DNA from: Tricharina praecox
Lineage: Eukaryota
Length of the DNA: 64,000 bases
Direction of reading: 5' to 3'
Assembly: GCF_024521635.1 (NCBI RefSeq)
Contig: NW_026250403.1
Coordinates: 2,294,001-2,358,000, forward strand
Shown here: positions 10,661 through 24,000 of the stretch, piece after piece
How positions within the stretch are numbered: position 1 is the first letter of the stretch
Layout: each line of letters starts with the position of its first letter
Program-made: the position numbers and the translations under genes
Notes under the pieces: generated by a model
What the model was told of the DNA's origin: nothing
Database searches by the model: none
What the model saw: the letters and a program-made list of their open reading frames with translations, nothing else

Positions 10661-12991
10661 CCGGGACATCCACCTACACGCCGTAAACGGGTAATACGGT
10701 AGTGCCTACCCATGGCATAGAACACGTGGAAGGAAGGACACTTCCTCGCGTGGCATAGTTGCCGCTTTGCCAGATCCCCGGAAAATATCATACTCGGAAC
10801 ATTTAACGGCCGCATCCGTAAGGCACGTCAGTTAACCTGGTGGCAGTGAATGCATAGCGGCTCTGCAGGAGTAGGTATGGCAGGTCGGCACATACCATGC
10901 TGTCTCACCAAGCGTCCCTCGCCGATCCTGACTGACAGATCTCACTTCAATTAGATGTGCACGTCTGGCTAAACTCCGCAACAGATGCGGCCACGGCCAC
11001 GGTCATGACGGCCCGGTCCCCGCTAGCAACAATAATGGCAATAGCAAAACCAACAAAACCAACAAAAAACAACCACCGACTCCGATTGCCGACCCCACAT
11101 CGGCTCCAAACCCCAGAGGACTGTCACCACCCAGCGGCCCAGACCAACTCCACCCCAGCAAATGCGCACCAACGGAAGCCGAAATAGCACAAATCCAATA
11201 TCTGCAAGTCTTCCAGTGTGGTCCGCACATCAAAATCTTGGAATGCGCATAAACGATCGCCGTCGAATTTCACGTTCTCGGTCCTTCCGTTCGCCCTATC
11301 GTAACCTTCAGCATACTCCTACCACACATGGTTCTATAGATGACACTCACGCGGCTCCGACGTCGGGCTTTCTCCTTCAGCTCCCTCCTCCCACAACTTC
11401 ATTTCCCACTCTGACGGCACCACCGGATTCCCTAGTGCATCGGTGTACCCGGACGACGGTGCCGCAGTCCGCAATACCATCTTGCTGGCTAGGACTACTC
11501 CGGCTACTCCGACCCAGGCTACGAATATAGGGAGATATAGAAACGAACAAATCATGAGTCGGTAGGATGGTAGGATGGCGGCTTGTAGGAGAGCGAAATG
11601 GACGATATGTACTGAAGGTTTGCACACACCCGTTCGTAGATGTCGTAGAATCCGGACCACGGTATTATTGACCCACCCGTTCGTTATATACCCACAGCAA
11701 GTTCGGGATGTGCGCAACCGGAGGTGGTACGATCGATCCTCCGCCTTGGCCATGTTGGTACCCATTCAGTGACTCGCTGTGGAGACTCTGACGTCCTCTC
11801 CCACCATGTTGGTTCCGGTGAAAATGCAGAATGTCAGCAAACTGGGAAGGCTTGATACCGTAGGAAAGCGCAGTAAGCACGACTTGCGCGGCTTGCCCGC
11901 AGCCAGAGCTTTTTACTCGACGATGGCGCTATTAATAGGTGGACCGTGGATCACATCCTGGATGCACAGTGGGTATATAGTAGGTAGATGCCCGCTTTTG
12001 ACTCCCCTCCCTCTGCTCACAATGGTTTCCGCACAAAACAAAGTGACTACTAGGTACTGAAACAAGCGATACTAGTGCTATTTCTAAATTCCGGTTCGTT
12101 GATGTTTCTACAATATCTACTGTGTGTGCGACCTGTACATAACAATTACGGACGTGATAGCCTACACCTTTCCGAATGGCATGGTGCCCGCGGTTAAGAA
12201 AGGCCATCGTTTTGTAGGTTCCGAATACGGGCTGGCTTTCGACCGGCAAGAGGCCTGAAATGCAGGTAATGGAAAGGGCACAGGTGATGTAGACGGACGG
12301 TCCTACTTTTCAAATCTCTACCCCCTGGGGTTCATGGAATTTCTGTTTCGCGAGGAAGTCTCGAGTTTTGTGTGGGGATTCGGCTTGAGTGCACCGGATC
12401 CACTACGTAAAAATGGTCGGTGCTCTTGACTTTAATGTCAATCAGTGGGTTGCCACCCGTCCGCAGTCCACCGTCCGATATATGTACTAGAGATTACCCG
12501 TTGCGATTACAGGCCGCAACGGACTTCTACTTGCCATCATCCACCACTACCCCGCCTTGTAATATGGGACGCCGATCCAGAGTCTATCAGCAGCATTTAA
12601 ACAACTGTGACTACCTACGTCAACTACCCGGGAAGAAAGAAAAAGGTGCTATATTATACATAGCTGGTTCGAGAACCCGTTCGAACCGCATATATAGAAC
12701 CTGTGTATGCAGCTGGCTAGGTATCAGTGCCATGGATCAGACCCTGAGGAAGAACTTCCAGATGGGCATCAAAACGGATTCAGGCCCGAGGGAACTCAGC
12801 AACAAGGGGATGCCAATCGATCGCAGTCGGAATCTGCTATAGACTAGAGTATGAACCTCAGTCTAATGGTGCGGTGCGGGATTCAAGAGAAGCCAGAATT
12901 GCAGTCCAACCTCGGAGAAGCACGGAGTCCCCAACTGGGAATCAAACGTTTCAGGTCCTTCGTACATGCTGCTCGTCGTAACCTCGTGTTT

Positions 12992-13028
12992 ACTGCTGAC
13001 TGCTGACTGCTGACTGCTGACTGCTGAC
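12992..13028 (+). repeat. 7-bp microsatellite (ACTGCTG) x5
   Basis: Read directly. Confidence 0.9.
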
Positions 13029-14830
13029 CGCATCCGAAGGCTTACCAGATCGCTCACTTGTCCGGCAGTGATCGGTGCATATACGGAACGGGTTTATACG
13101 AGTCATGATCGGCGTGTGTTGCAGTCGGTGATCTTCATTTACCCTTTGTCTAGTATGTAGTAACAACACTGTTTTTTCTTTGTTTTTGATAGGCTGGACT
13201 TCCCGTGTGCAGCACTCAACCTCTCGGAGATGTCTTTCTTAATCGTAGCAGGCACCACAGTAAACATCACGATCGAGGCTTCATGGGAATCTGAGGGAAT
13301 TACCGTATCATTAACTATACCATCATGGCATGATGGATCTCAGCCTAAAGGGTACTTAAAACCGTACGCACGTCAGCAGTATGTACCCGCCGGAGGCATG
13401 TGGGGAAATTGAGTATACTTATACAGCGAGTTATTTGGCTTCATCTATGGCGCCTGCACATCTATAAAGGGACTCTACAACGTCGTGTCGGCTGGGCCTA
13501 GTTGTGTACTACTTGCAGGGCAAACGATTGGCCGGCAGAACCAGAGTCGCCAGACCACGCCGCCGGATGATGGGAGAGACACACAGCCAATCGCAAGTAC
13601 TGGGGTTGCAACCTGCACACACAAAGTCAGGTGCTGGTTTAAACTTCTTCTTCTGTGAGATCAAGTTACGAGTTTTATATGGGAGTCCATGGATGTTCGG
13701 GCTCAGAAGAGCCAGGGCTGCTTCCCGATCCGAAACCTAGTGTTCAGACTGTCTACCTAGGCATGTTTCCCGAGTAAATTCTTAGTACTTATGTAAATAT
13801 CAGCCATCATGCTCTCCCTCTGCCAGATAACTTCATTGGGATGATTTTAGTATGGGCTGTCAATACAAAGCTCTGCAGCAGCGCCCAACAGCAGCCCTTG
13901 CCCGAGGGGAATACCCAGGAAGGAATGTAGAGCAGCCCCCCGAGTTTGAGAAAGAATGTTGGCCGTAGCGGGTGGGATATCCGGTTGGCAGCGGAGGATA
14001 TAAAGAACGGGTGTATCGCAGTCACCTGCAAGTGTGTTGAACTTGCAGGTTTGCATGTATGCATGTCTGTCTGTTTGGTAGGCAACGCTGTGTTTTGGCG
14101 GGGTCGGCTGTTGCTACACTGGAATATTATACTTCTCGGTGCACGGAGCTAATGGACACGGCGTCCTTCTTGACCGACCGCGGGCCGCATAAGAGGATGA
14201 CCTCGGAGCCTATCCTCCGTGTTGAAGTACGCCTGTTGCGATTGCGGGGCCAACCGTTCATCAACCAACTGGACACCACCCACACTGTCCCTGAGGCGCC
14301 CGCAACTTCTAATCCGTGACCAACACGCACGAGATTTAGACTCCTATCCATTGCCATGCACATGATCTCGAGCTCTAGAATGTAAATGCCCCTCCCGTAG
14401 CTGCTTCTCGCAATCAATACGGAATCTCACGCCCCAGGCAGATTTGCGAAGTCTCGAGACCATGTGGTCGTACCGACGAAACCTGATGCCGCTGATGCCA
14501 CTGTGCATGTCAGGTGTCTGTAAATCAAATGAAGGAAGATCGGCGACAAACAGCTGTCCGGAAGCTTTGGCCCACGATCTCGGCGGGCACCCGCATGGAC
14601 GTCGTGCGGTGTGTATCTGGTGGTCCCCGCTGCGTCATTCCGCATCACGTTTTAGACTTTCAGGTCGTTCAACACCATGTTACGGCGTCTCCGTGGAGCA
14701 ACAGCAACGGCATACCTTCGAAATCTTCGTTCAAGGCGTTACCGATGTCACCTCCATTCAATATCTACAGCGGAAATGCTCGCCATGAAAGATCAGGAGC
14801 GCCCAACTCACAAGCACTCTAGGGATACCA

Positions 14831-15007
14831 CCTTCAGCCATCACCACTCGGTCCAGCCTTCGGTGCAGTGAAGATATCTCAGGAACCTCCCTCAATCACC
14901 TCCCTCAATCACCTCCCTCAATCACCTCCCTCAACCACCTCCCTCAACCGCCTCCTTCAACCATCACCACTCGAGTCCAGCCTTCAGTACAGTGAAGATA
15001 TCCCAGG
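14831..15007 (+). repeat. ~53-bp direct repeats (14831-14883 and 14954-15007) bracketing a 13-bp minisatellite (ACCTCCCTCAATC-like, ~6 copies)
   Basis: CCTTCAGCCATCACCACTCG-GTCCAGCCTTCGGTGCAGTGAAGATATCTCAGG versus CCTTCAACCATCACCACTCGAGTCCAGCCTTCAGTACAGTGAAGATATCCCAGG; minisatellite at 14885-14962. Confidence 0.9.
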
Positions 15008-15066
15008 TATCCCCCTTGCCCGCAATCGAGACCAGGAAAAGATAACAGGCTTCAGTGATCACCTTC

Positions 15067-15816
15067 ATGGTCGCCACTCTCCTCTCTCTCCCCCGCGAGG
15101 TGCATCTCCTCATCGCCGACAAACTCACTACTTTCCGCGACAAATCCTCCCTCGCCCGCACCAGCCGCGGGCTCTACCACATCAACCGCTATCTCTACCG
15201 CTACGCCATTCGATCTGGCTTCGAACTCAATGGTCCTCCCCTCGACACCATCAAGCTGCTCGGGCGCTACTGCATCCTTACCCATCTCGTCTCTCGCGAC
15301 CGCCGCGGACTGCCGGGACTAAGCCGCTTCCTCGAGCACGGCCTAGATATCGAAATCAAACTCAGCTCGGAACCCATCCCATTGCTTGCGTTCGCCATGG
15401 AGACGCATCGGTACGAGTGGGTTCGGTTCCTCCTCGAGAGAGGTGCGAACCCAAGTGTCAGCGGCGGTGTCAAGCGCGGCGGACTCTCAGTACTGGGAAT
15501 GGCCGTGCGTGACGAAAAGTGTGGCCTGGCAAGGTTACTCCTCGCTGAAGGCGCGGATGTCAACATGGCCGACGCTGCCGGGAAGAAACCGCTTTACGAT
15601 GCTGTGGCGAATGGGAATGTCGATCTGGTGAGGCTGCTGGTGGACCATGGCGCGGATATGGATGCGTCGGTCGGTCTGGGGGTGATGGATATCCCGTTGA
15701 GATTGGCGCGTTGGTTCGACCAGGGAAGGGTTATGAGGTGTCTGATAGACAATGGTGCTGATACTTCCTGTTTGAAGGCTGAGGAGATGGCGTATGTGAA
15801 GAAATACATCCATTAG
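15067..15816 (+). CDS. Ankyrin-repeat protein with F-box-like N-terminus
   Basis: N-terminus LLSLPREVHLLIADKL..LARTSRGLY is F-box-like. Ankyrin motifs VRFLLERGANPS, ARLLLAEGADVNMADAAGKKPLYDAVANGNVDLVRLLVDHGADMD and LIDNGAD. Confidence 0.9.
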   Translation: MVATLLSLPREVHLLIADKLTTFRDKSSLARTSRGLYHINRYLYRYAIRSGFELNGPPLDTIKLLGRYCILTHLVSRDRRGLPGLSRFLEHGLDIEIKLSSEPIPLLAFAMETHRYEWVRFLLERGANPSVSGGVKRGGLSVLGMAVRDEKCGLARLLLAEGADVNMADAAGKKPLYDAVANGNVDLVRLLVDHGADMDASVGLGVMDIPLRLARWFDQGRVMRCLIDNGADTSCLKAEEMAYVKKYIH

Positions 15817-17965
15817 CTTGCTTGTTGGGCCATGTAACGGAGCGGTGGTCTAGGGATGTTGGGCTGCGTGATGGGATATGTACGATGAAGTAATGAAACT
15901 GCAACTCTCCTCTTTGTAATATAACGGGTTCTTTCATCCAATGGAAAATGCATCTCCCGCCTTTACTAGTCTGGCCCGCCTGTAAGGCAGTATTTACTTT
16001 CGATCTTCACCAACTTCCGCTTTGCTGTGGCCGATGCGAGTCACTATCGCTCCTCCATGTCCCTAAACCATCATACGCACCATCCCCGACCACGTCCTTA
16101 ATTAGCTCGAAAGACGGGGGGGGAGGGGGGGCGCTGACGGCATCTTCAAGCTCTTGATCACATTATATCACTGGCTCAACATATTTCCACCCGTCTTGAA
16201 CACAGTATTTCCGCAGTACGTAGCTCTGGTAGCTAGGTAGTAGGCAGCATGGAGTAGCGAAGGATAGAAGAGTGGGCTGTATACCTGGTAGAGTATTGTA
16301 CATACGCACGTGCTTGGAACCGGACGCATCTCGTCACTCGGTCACCGCACGATTTTATGTGCTTCCAAGTTGAAGCACGCCCGCTCAGCCAAACTTCGCC
16401 GCTTGAACTATCCAGTGTTGAGACCGCATCAGTGGGAAGCTGCTATTCAATCAACTCAACTACCTACGCTATGGTAGGAATCTAGGAATCTGGGAATCTG
16501 GGAATCTAAGTCGCTACGTTGGAGCTTGCAAGTATGATACCTAATCGAATGGGCGGTGAGCATGTAGTGGATACATACCTCCTACTTAGAACAAGGAAGA
16601 CTGAGTAGTGAGGCAGGTAGGCAGGCGCGTGTACGGCCAGGAAATTCCAGATCTTTGTACGCCACTCGTCACTCGGCACTCGATCATCCGCCACCGGCTC
16701 CTCGGATCATCACACGGACCGGCTCTTAGTTACTTCCTATTACTCGATAATGATTTACCAAGGCCAAATGCTACCTTTAGAAATCGATGAAACCGAAAGA
16801 AGAAAAAATGACAGACTGGCTCATCATTATCCTCTGCATGGTACGGGTCGAATGCGAAATGATGAAACAGGGGAACACATAAATCCCGACGCGGCCATGA
16901 CTATGCGAACAAACGACTCAACAGTTATTCGACGGCACTTCTCCATGGCTACAATGCTACATATAACGCCGGCGAGCCGGCCGCAACTCAGGGACATAGA
17001 TAAAGCACTCCGCCCCGTCGTCATCACCCATCACTCTAGTATTTCAATATTTCTCGAAATCGGTCGCCGCACACCATACCGTGCCCACACTAGATAACTA
17101 GTTGGCACGTACCGTATACGACCACGGCATAACCACCTAGCCCCCACGATGCCCTGCCGATTTGTGGATACCCTCCTCTGGTCCGTCCGTATATAATTAT
17201 GTTTCTGAGCGGGTGGGTGGAAGGATACGTCCCTTGAATCTTCACAACGGATACGAGGGACTAGGTAAGCAGCTAGTACGAGGCTGAAAAAAATCCCCCC
17301 CTCTCCCTCCCCCCCTCCTCCGACCCCCGAGCGGAGCCCCTTGAAAACTACGTGGCTACGTCCGTATGTAGGTCTGCATGCCGGCATTCGTTGCGGGAAG
17401 GGGGAAGCAAAGGGAAAGGGAGACATCCCGAGTCCTACCAATGCTGTCATCATCACTACCGTAGTCTGTAGACACTAGAGTAGGAGTAGGCTGTGGGCTG
17501 TGTTAGCTGGAACGGACGGACACGGACGCCATGTGGAGCCGGCAGGGGTGGTAGGGGAGGTTTACTTGGTTGACTGACGATGATGATGACCGAGTGCCCA
17601 CGGGGACAGGTGACTAAACAGCCCTACCGTCTACGCAAGCCCGCTCGCATCACTGCACTAACTCGAGCATCTACTAGTAACTCGAGCATCCACCTATCAA
17701 ACTACTCTAACTACCAACTGCACATCGAATCGTCGCTCGTGCCGGCAGTTCCCTCCTCCTATCTACCTACTACCCAGCCACCACCACCTCCTACCTACTA
17801 GCAGTAGTCATCCGGCCCATCTCATCTCATCTCATCTCATCTCATCTCGCGCGGAGTGGCGGAGATTTGTATCGAGATGGAGATGATGGGGAGAGAGCTC
17901 CGTGGATAATTTCCCGCCCGTGTCCGTCCGTCCGCCGCGACGCCGCCGTGTCCGGAGATGAAACG

Positions 17966-17968
<3 letters not shown>

Positions 17969-18003
<35 letters not shown>
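17969..18003 (+). repeat. (GA)n microsatellite, one of many short tandem repeats in 16-24.6 kb
   Basis: Read directly. Others include (CATCT)n ~17817, (AAC)n ~19100, (CCCAT)n ~20741, (GACTGACCAGT)x3 ~21038, (GCCA)n ~22126, (CTTCA)n ~22713 and (TAGAG)n ~23521. Confidence 0.95.
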
Positions 18004-18005
<2 letters not shown>

Positions 18006-21000
18006 AAAATAGTATTGTTCCGGAAGGCTCTGCGATCCCGAGACTAACGAACTAACGAACTAACTCATATGTGTGTAGATATCAATGACGTTGGCGGTGC
18101 AATTGCTCGGGACAGACTACAGTGGCCATCGTGGTCCCGACTCCCGACGTTGGTACTAGTTAACTAGAGGAGTTGTGTAATACATAGGAGTGGACGGTGG
18201 ACTGAACGGTGGACCCGGTCCGAACGGAACGGATCAAAGACCACATCGATATCGTGCCTGGGCGCTGGGCGCTGGGAGAGGTGAATCCCGGGTTTCGGAC
18301 GACGCTAGGAGATATAAGTAGCGTCGTGAGACGGAGGTCGGGAGTCGGGAGCGCAAAAAATCAGTTAGATAATCGAAGAGTGGTTCTCTGCTAACTACTT
18401 CTCTATGAATCTATGATGGTCGTGAAGGAGCGTTCGGGAATCAGCCGTGAGTAGAGCAGCGCAGAGTAGAGTATCTAGAGTGATTACACCAGCATCTCAC
18501 CTGCGAACAGCCGCCGAGTTAGTCACGACTCACTCCTCACGACTCCCGGCTACGGACCATCACAGAGTCGTACTCGCTTCGTCTCGTCTCGTTTCGCCTC
18601 GCATCGTCTCGCCTCGTCTCGCCAATGATGCCACGCCACTTGGGATTATATTGGCCGAGGTAATCTATAAGTCCACCTACTCTTTGTAACGTTTCGCGCG
18701 CGCAGGCTATCGTGCAAGGCGATCGTGCAGCACCAGCACACGGACGACTATCGCGCGTGCGCTCATTTCGTTTCGACCTCACATCACCTCGCGGCGGTCG
18801 GTAGGTAGTCGGTACTGCTTTCCCAGTCGAGTCGAGTCGGTCAATGCTCAATCGCGTCGAGATCACCACATGATCGGGCGGGTGGGGGCGGGGATTGATA
18901 TGATTTCCAGTTACTTTATTGTAGAACAGTAGGTAGGGCACAGTCGCCTCTAGATATGTATCGTACTATACATACGACAACATGGCAGATCACAGCGCAG
19001 TGACTCTACATACAAAGTACTCCACACAGTAATGATGTAGGTACTCACCCCCGAGCGCGAACTCCCCCTGCGCCCGCAACGACAACACAACAACAGCAAC
19101 AACAACAACAACAACAACAACAGCAGCAAGCACCTCCGGCTCCAGCTCAGGGGGATTTATCTATCTGCCCTTGCCGGATCGCTCGCTCACTCGCTCGCTA
19201 GCAAAACACTATGGGTATCTGCCGTTTCGGAAGCTGGCTGAAAAAAATCAATCTGCCAACATACCGTAGATACAACATCTACATAGAGTATGTATCTCGA
19301 GCCTGCAGCAGCTGCCTTTCCCGCACAATCGCAAGCGGCATGCTGTATCTACCTATGTATTGTCTGTATGTAGGGCGCGCGCACCGGCTCCGGGTTATCT
19401 TCTGGCCGAGCGAGCTAGGTGTACATCTAGGTGCGGAGTCCGGACGGGGGCGGATGTGTAGATACGTATTTTTGCAGATACCCGGATTGCGTTCGAGTTC
19501 TCCGTCCGTTCGTTGAGGCTGTTCACGGGTAGAATGCGCCGGGCGCATACGCGAATGCACGTGACTCCCGCCCGGATGTCTCTCTGTCCGCCCGTCAGTA
19601 CCGTATCATCCGTATGCGAGACTTCGGACCTGGGATCAACGAATGAGCACTCGGAACTCGGATAAGGCATTCCCACGGTAGACCGGCCGGCCGATCGTTC
19701 AGCTCAGCTCGGTCATCCCGCAGGAACTACATACCTATTCCTATCATGATAGTCCCCAGCCCCATATCGAACCGTCTGGAAGTCACGGCAAGCGAGCGGG
19801 GGGTGAACCGTGAAGGCCCAAGGGGGTTGCGCCGCTGCGTTGAGCTTGGGGTTGAGCTTGGGAGCCTTGCAAGTGTTCCAGATTGAGGGGGCATGGTTGA
19901 TCCGGGGGGATCCCCCAGCTTACAAGCTGCAGCCGTTCCGGGGGGTGGGAGGGTTGTGGAGGTAGGTAGGTGTGTAAGAAGCTCCGGTGTGCACTGTGCA
20001 GAGTGCTGGCATCACTACATACGGTACCGTGGTCCAAGCGGGCACCGCGGGAGACTTTCTCCTCAATGCTCATCCTCCTCCTGCGAGGCTGCGCCCTCCT
20101 TCTCTTGCTCCACTTCAAAACTCGAGCTGGAGCTGGAGCCGGAGCCAGAGCCAACACCAACATTAACACCAACACTACCGGTAGCCAGGTACGACGCTGC
20201 GATCTACATCTTTCCGACTCTTTCAACGAAATAGAGTTTCCCTACGTAACTTTCTGTGTACCTACATAATGCACAGGTACTCCACCGTCTGAGCCCGAGC
20301 CAGGCCTTGTTTCACCCTTCGGTAATCGGCAGCGTGTGTAGCAACTTCTTCGTGATCTACGGGGGGGAGCGGACAGCGAACCTACCTACCCATCACCGTG
20401 CTACGTCCCATCATTGTCCATGCATCATCGCCGAACGAACCCGGGAAAAGGAAAGAAAAGGAAAGAAAAAAAGAAGGAAGGAATTGAGAATCGAGATTTC
20501 GTTGATTTCGTTTCTGCAGCCTGCTGCCTGCGGGTAGCCGGAATTCGCTGTTGTACTTGAATGATACATATGATATGTTGTAGAGTAACGACCCACGGGT
20601 TGGATTCTGGAGTCTGGAGTCTGGACAGAAAGACAGATAGCCGAAACAACCCAAGAGCCAACAAGCAACAGACGGACGGGGGCCGGTACATAGGTTGGTT
20701 GGTTGGACTCATCTTACACACATCTTTCTACCTACCGTATCCCATCCCATCCCATCCCATCCCATCCGAGTCTTCAACTGCCGGAAGCGGTGGAAGAGCT
20801 TAGAGAACCGTCGGAAGATTTCCCCCAACGCACGTAAGGATCCGTAAGGATCGATCCCGAAATTCGAATCTCCCTGCCGGCTTCGGTGATGTGGTGGTGG
20901 TGATTCGTGAAGCGGGCGAACCGCGTGGAAAAGTCAAGACTGGTCACTAGCCATTAGTTACCAGGGAGGTTTCAGGATGATTGTAAAGGGGAATCTACAT

Positions 21001-24000
21001 ATGGATTTTGCTCTGCTTTGCTTTGCTTTACTGGAGCGACTGACCAGTGACTGACCAGTGACTGACCAGTGACAACCTACTGGTATGGATGGGATGGGAT
21101 CGCATGGATGCATATTACCCAAGTATTACCCAAGAAGTATATGCTGTACACACATCCATAAGCCTCACCGATCATTCGGAGGGGATCCCATGCCAATGAT
21201 GCCAATGGTGCCATCGAGCCCAACAAAAGCGGCGGAAGGGGGGAGGGGGAGGGTGGATGCTGTACATATATCATAGATATATTTTTTCCAATCGTCGGTA
21301 CCATACGCATACGCAGCATACGCATACGCATGCTGTCGAGGTTTGCTGGCAGTACATATCATACATATCATATCATATATGTGAGATTGTATGATGTGTA
21401 TGATATGTATGACAGCCTGTAAGATGTTACATATTGGATTTTGAATGAATGAAGGTGCTGACGGTGACTGCGGTGACTGCGGTGATTCCGCGGTGCAACT
21501 GTAGGTGTGCAAAGTTCGAGCATATGATATATCGACATCGATATCCGCTGCCGGTTGTACACTGTACCCAGGTAGAGCGCAGAAGCACGGACTCGCCAGT
21601 GACTGCTTGGCAGGAAGACGTCGTCCAAAAGCAGTGCCATCCACCATCCACCATCCACCATCGACCATCCGCCATCCGCCTCCCGAATACATATGCGAAT
21701 CAATGTCCGTGATGGGTGTGCGAGAAACAACCTGCACAACAGGCCCTAGGGCACGTCGGGGTCCGACTGCTGTTGCTGCACCGTCCAGATACATCGCCGT
21801 CCATATCGATATCAACATCGAACCGGAATTGGCTGGGCTGGGGGCTCATGATACAGCATGAGCACACATAGAACTCTGAATTCGACCTCGAGTTGGAGGG
21901 GGGTTGGGTTTCGGCAGCGAAATAACGCTACGGGATCGGTGTTTCGTATGCCTGACGCCGGTTTCACGCGTTGGATGGTAGATTGGTGGGTGTGTAGAGT
22001 ATGATCCAGCCTTTTCCAGCCCACCTCGGGGTGGAGATGATGGATGATGAGCGACGAGGATTCTCCATGTCGGTTTTGACGAGGGAGATGGGAAAAAGCA
22101 ATTGCAGTTGTAGTTGCAGTTGCAGCCAGCCAGCCAGCCAGCCAGCCAGCCAAGCCCGTAGCCGGTCGTGTGCGCAGTCCCGATCGTATAATCGTATTTC
22201 GTGCAGCCTGCTTATGACTTCGTGTTGGTTGTTGGTTATGTAACTGTACACCGTGAAACAACGAACAGCGACGACGCCGCGAATCCGTAACTTGTAAGCC
22301 TTTTCTTTTCCCCATCGTGTCTGTGCCGCAACATGGCGAAAAGCCTCGGACAATTTGCGCCGCAACATGGCAAAAGCGAATGCGGAAGCTGAGGACCATC
22401 GCACCGGTAACCAAGTGGCGGCGAGGTGGAGAGTTAGGTAGGCTGCAGCAGTCAATGTCAAAGTCTCGAAGAAGCCACCGCTTCTACACTTTTTTTTTGC
22501 TTTCTTTCTTTCCTTTTTCTTGCTGATCTTCGTCGTATCGGTGATTCGGTGGGCACCGATGCTGGTCTTCCCCGCACTCCGCACTCCGCACTCGTCAGTC
22601 GGCCACTGCCAGTGCGCCGCCGCCACTCGGCGATCCCGAGTCATGAATCACGAATCACGAATCGCCATCACCTCTTTAGCCTTTCTATAGATCCCACACG
22701 CACGCATCAAGCGCTTCACTTCACTTCACTTCACTTCACGTCTCCTCACCTCCCATGGCGCAGTGTAGAGTAGGTCTCTACTCTACTAGTAACTACCCTA
22801 CTCTACTAGTAACTACCGCCATGTTACCGCACGGCGCATAGGAAGGGCAAAGGGCCAACTTCCAAGGCGAACAATTGCACTTTCGCTGTGCGCCGTGTGC
22901 CGTACTTACGGTAGATATAGTGCGGAGACCGAGACAAGACGAGATGAGCAGTTAGACTCTAGAGACTTGGAGTGTTGTTGGATGATGATTCCGGACGACT
23001 ACAACTGTCTCGCAGACTCCACTCCAGCCTCCTGTTGGTCCAAATCTCTGTCCGAGAGGTTGTAAGTCTCGACTCTCGACTCTCGCCGCATGCGGATTCG
23101 CCCGGAGCCGTAGTTGCCGCCGTTCCTTTCTCTTCCTGTCCGCGGTCTGCTGGCAAAACGACCATCAACACAATCATCGACACAATCATCACCGATGTCT
23201 TTGCGTCCGGGAGTCCAAAAATCAGACCTTGTACTCTACAGCGTGCAGTGCAGTCTGCAGTGTGAAGTGTGCACACTCATATATGCGAAACGCAACGGCA
23301 TCCATGATCCACCCTCCACCATCCACCATCGAAAGCCTTCCTTCCATGTACGAATCCGCTTCCTTGCAGGTACAGAAGCTACTAGGTACATAGTAGATGT
23401 TTTTTTTCGTGCGCTGCAGGATTTATTGTCCGAAGATTCTGACGGGCTTACATGGTGTGCACTGTGCGCGCTGTGTGAATGTGTGGTGTGTGGGAGGGAG
23501 CCTGGGTGGGTGGGTTGGCATAGAGTAGAGTAGAGTAGAGTACATACTCTCTGTTATGTAGGCAGTCCATCTCACCTCATCTCACACCTCACACCTCACC
23601 TCGCACTTCACACCTCGACAGACACCCACCCCACAGGCGAGAAGCGATATACGGATAACTATCGACGGCTTCTGCCTTCTGGTTAATTGCCGTTACATAC
23701 TGGCCACCATACTTTTGCGGCAGCTACACAAGCACTCGATAAGTAAATACTTGGTTACATACTTCCTTCGGACGGATACCAGCAGACAAGATGCAGGACT
23801 GTTGGAAGAAGTCTCAGACGTGAACCGGGCTTGGGGGTGGGAAGGTGGGGAGGTGGGGAGGTTTGGTTTTGGATTCTCTGCACATGCGAACGGGAAGAGC
23901 AGGTGAGTGTGTGGTGTGGGAGGAGTCAGGACGGTGGAGTTGGAGGCTTGGAGACTTGGAGTCTTGGAGTACTATCCCAGTTATCCGCAAGAGGAACAGC

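Noticed and set aside
10875..11252. Intron-like segment followed by an open frame (CARLAKLRNRC..NNNGNSK..)
   Set aside because: An in-frame stop lies just upstream of the putative donor, and no start or family could be assigned; at best a decayed fragment.
14024..14050. Perfect 10-bp hairpin ACCTGCAAGT-7nt-ACTTGCAGGT
   Set aside because: Short and isolated, with no supporting context.
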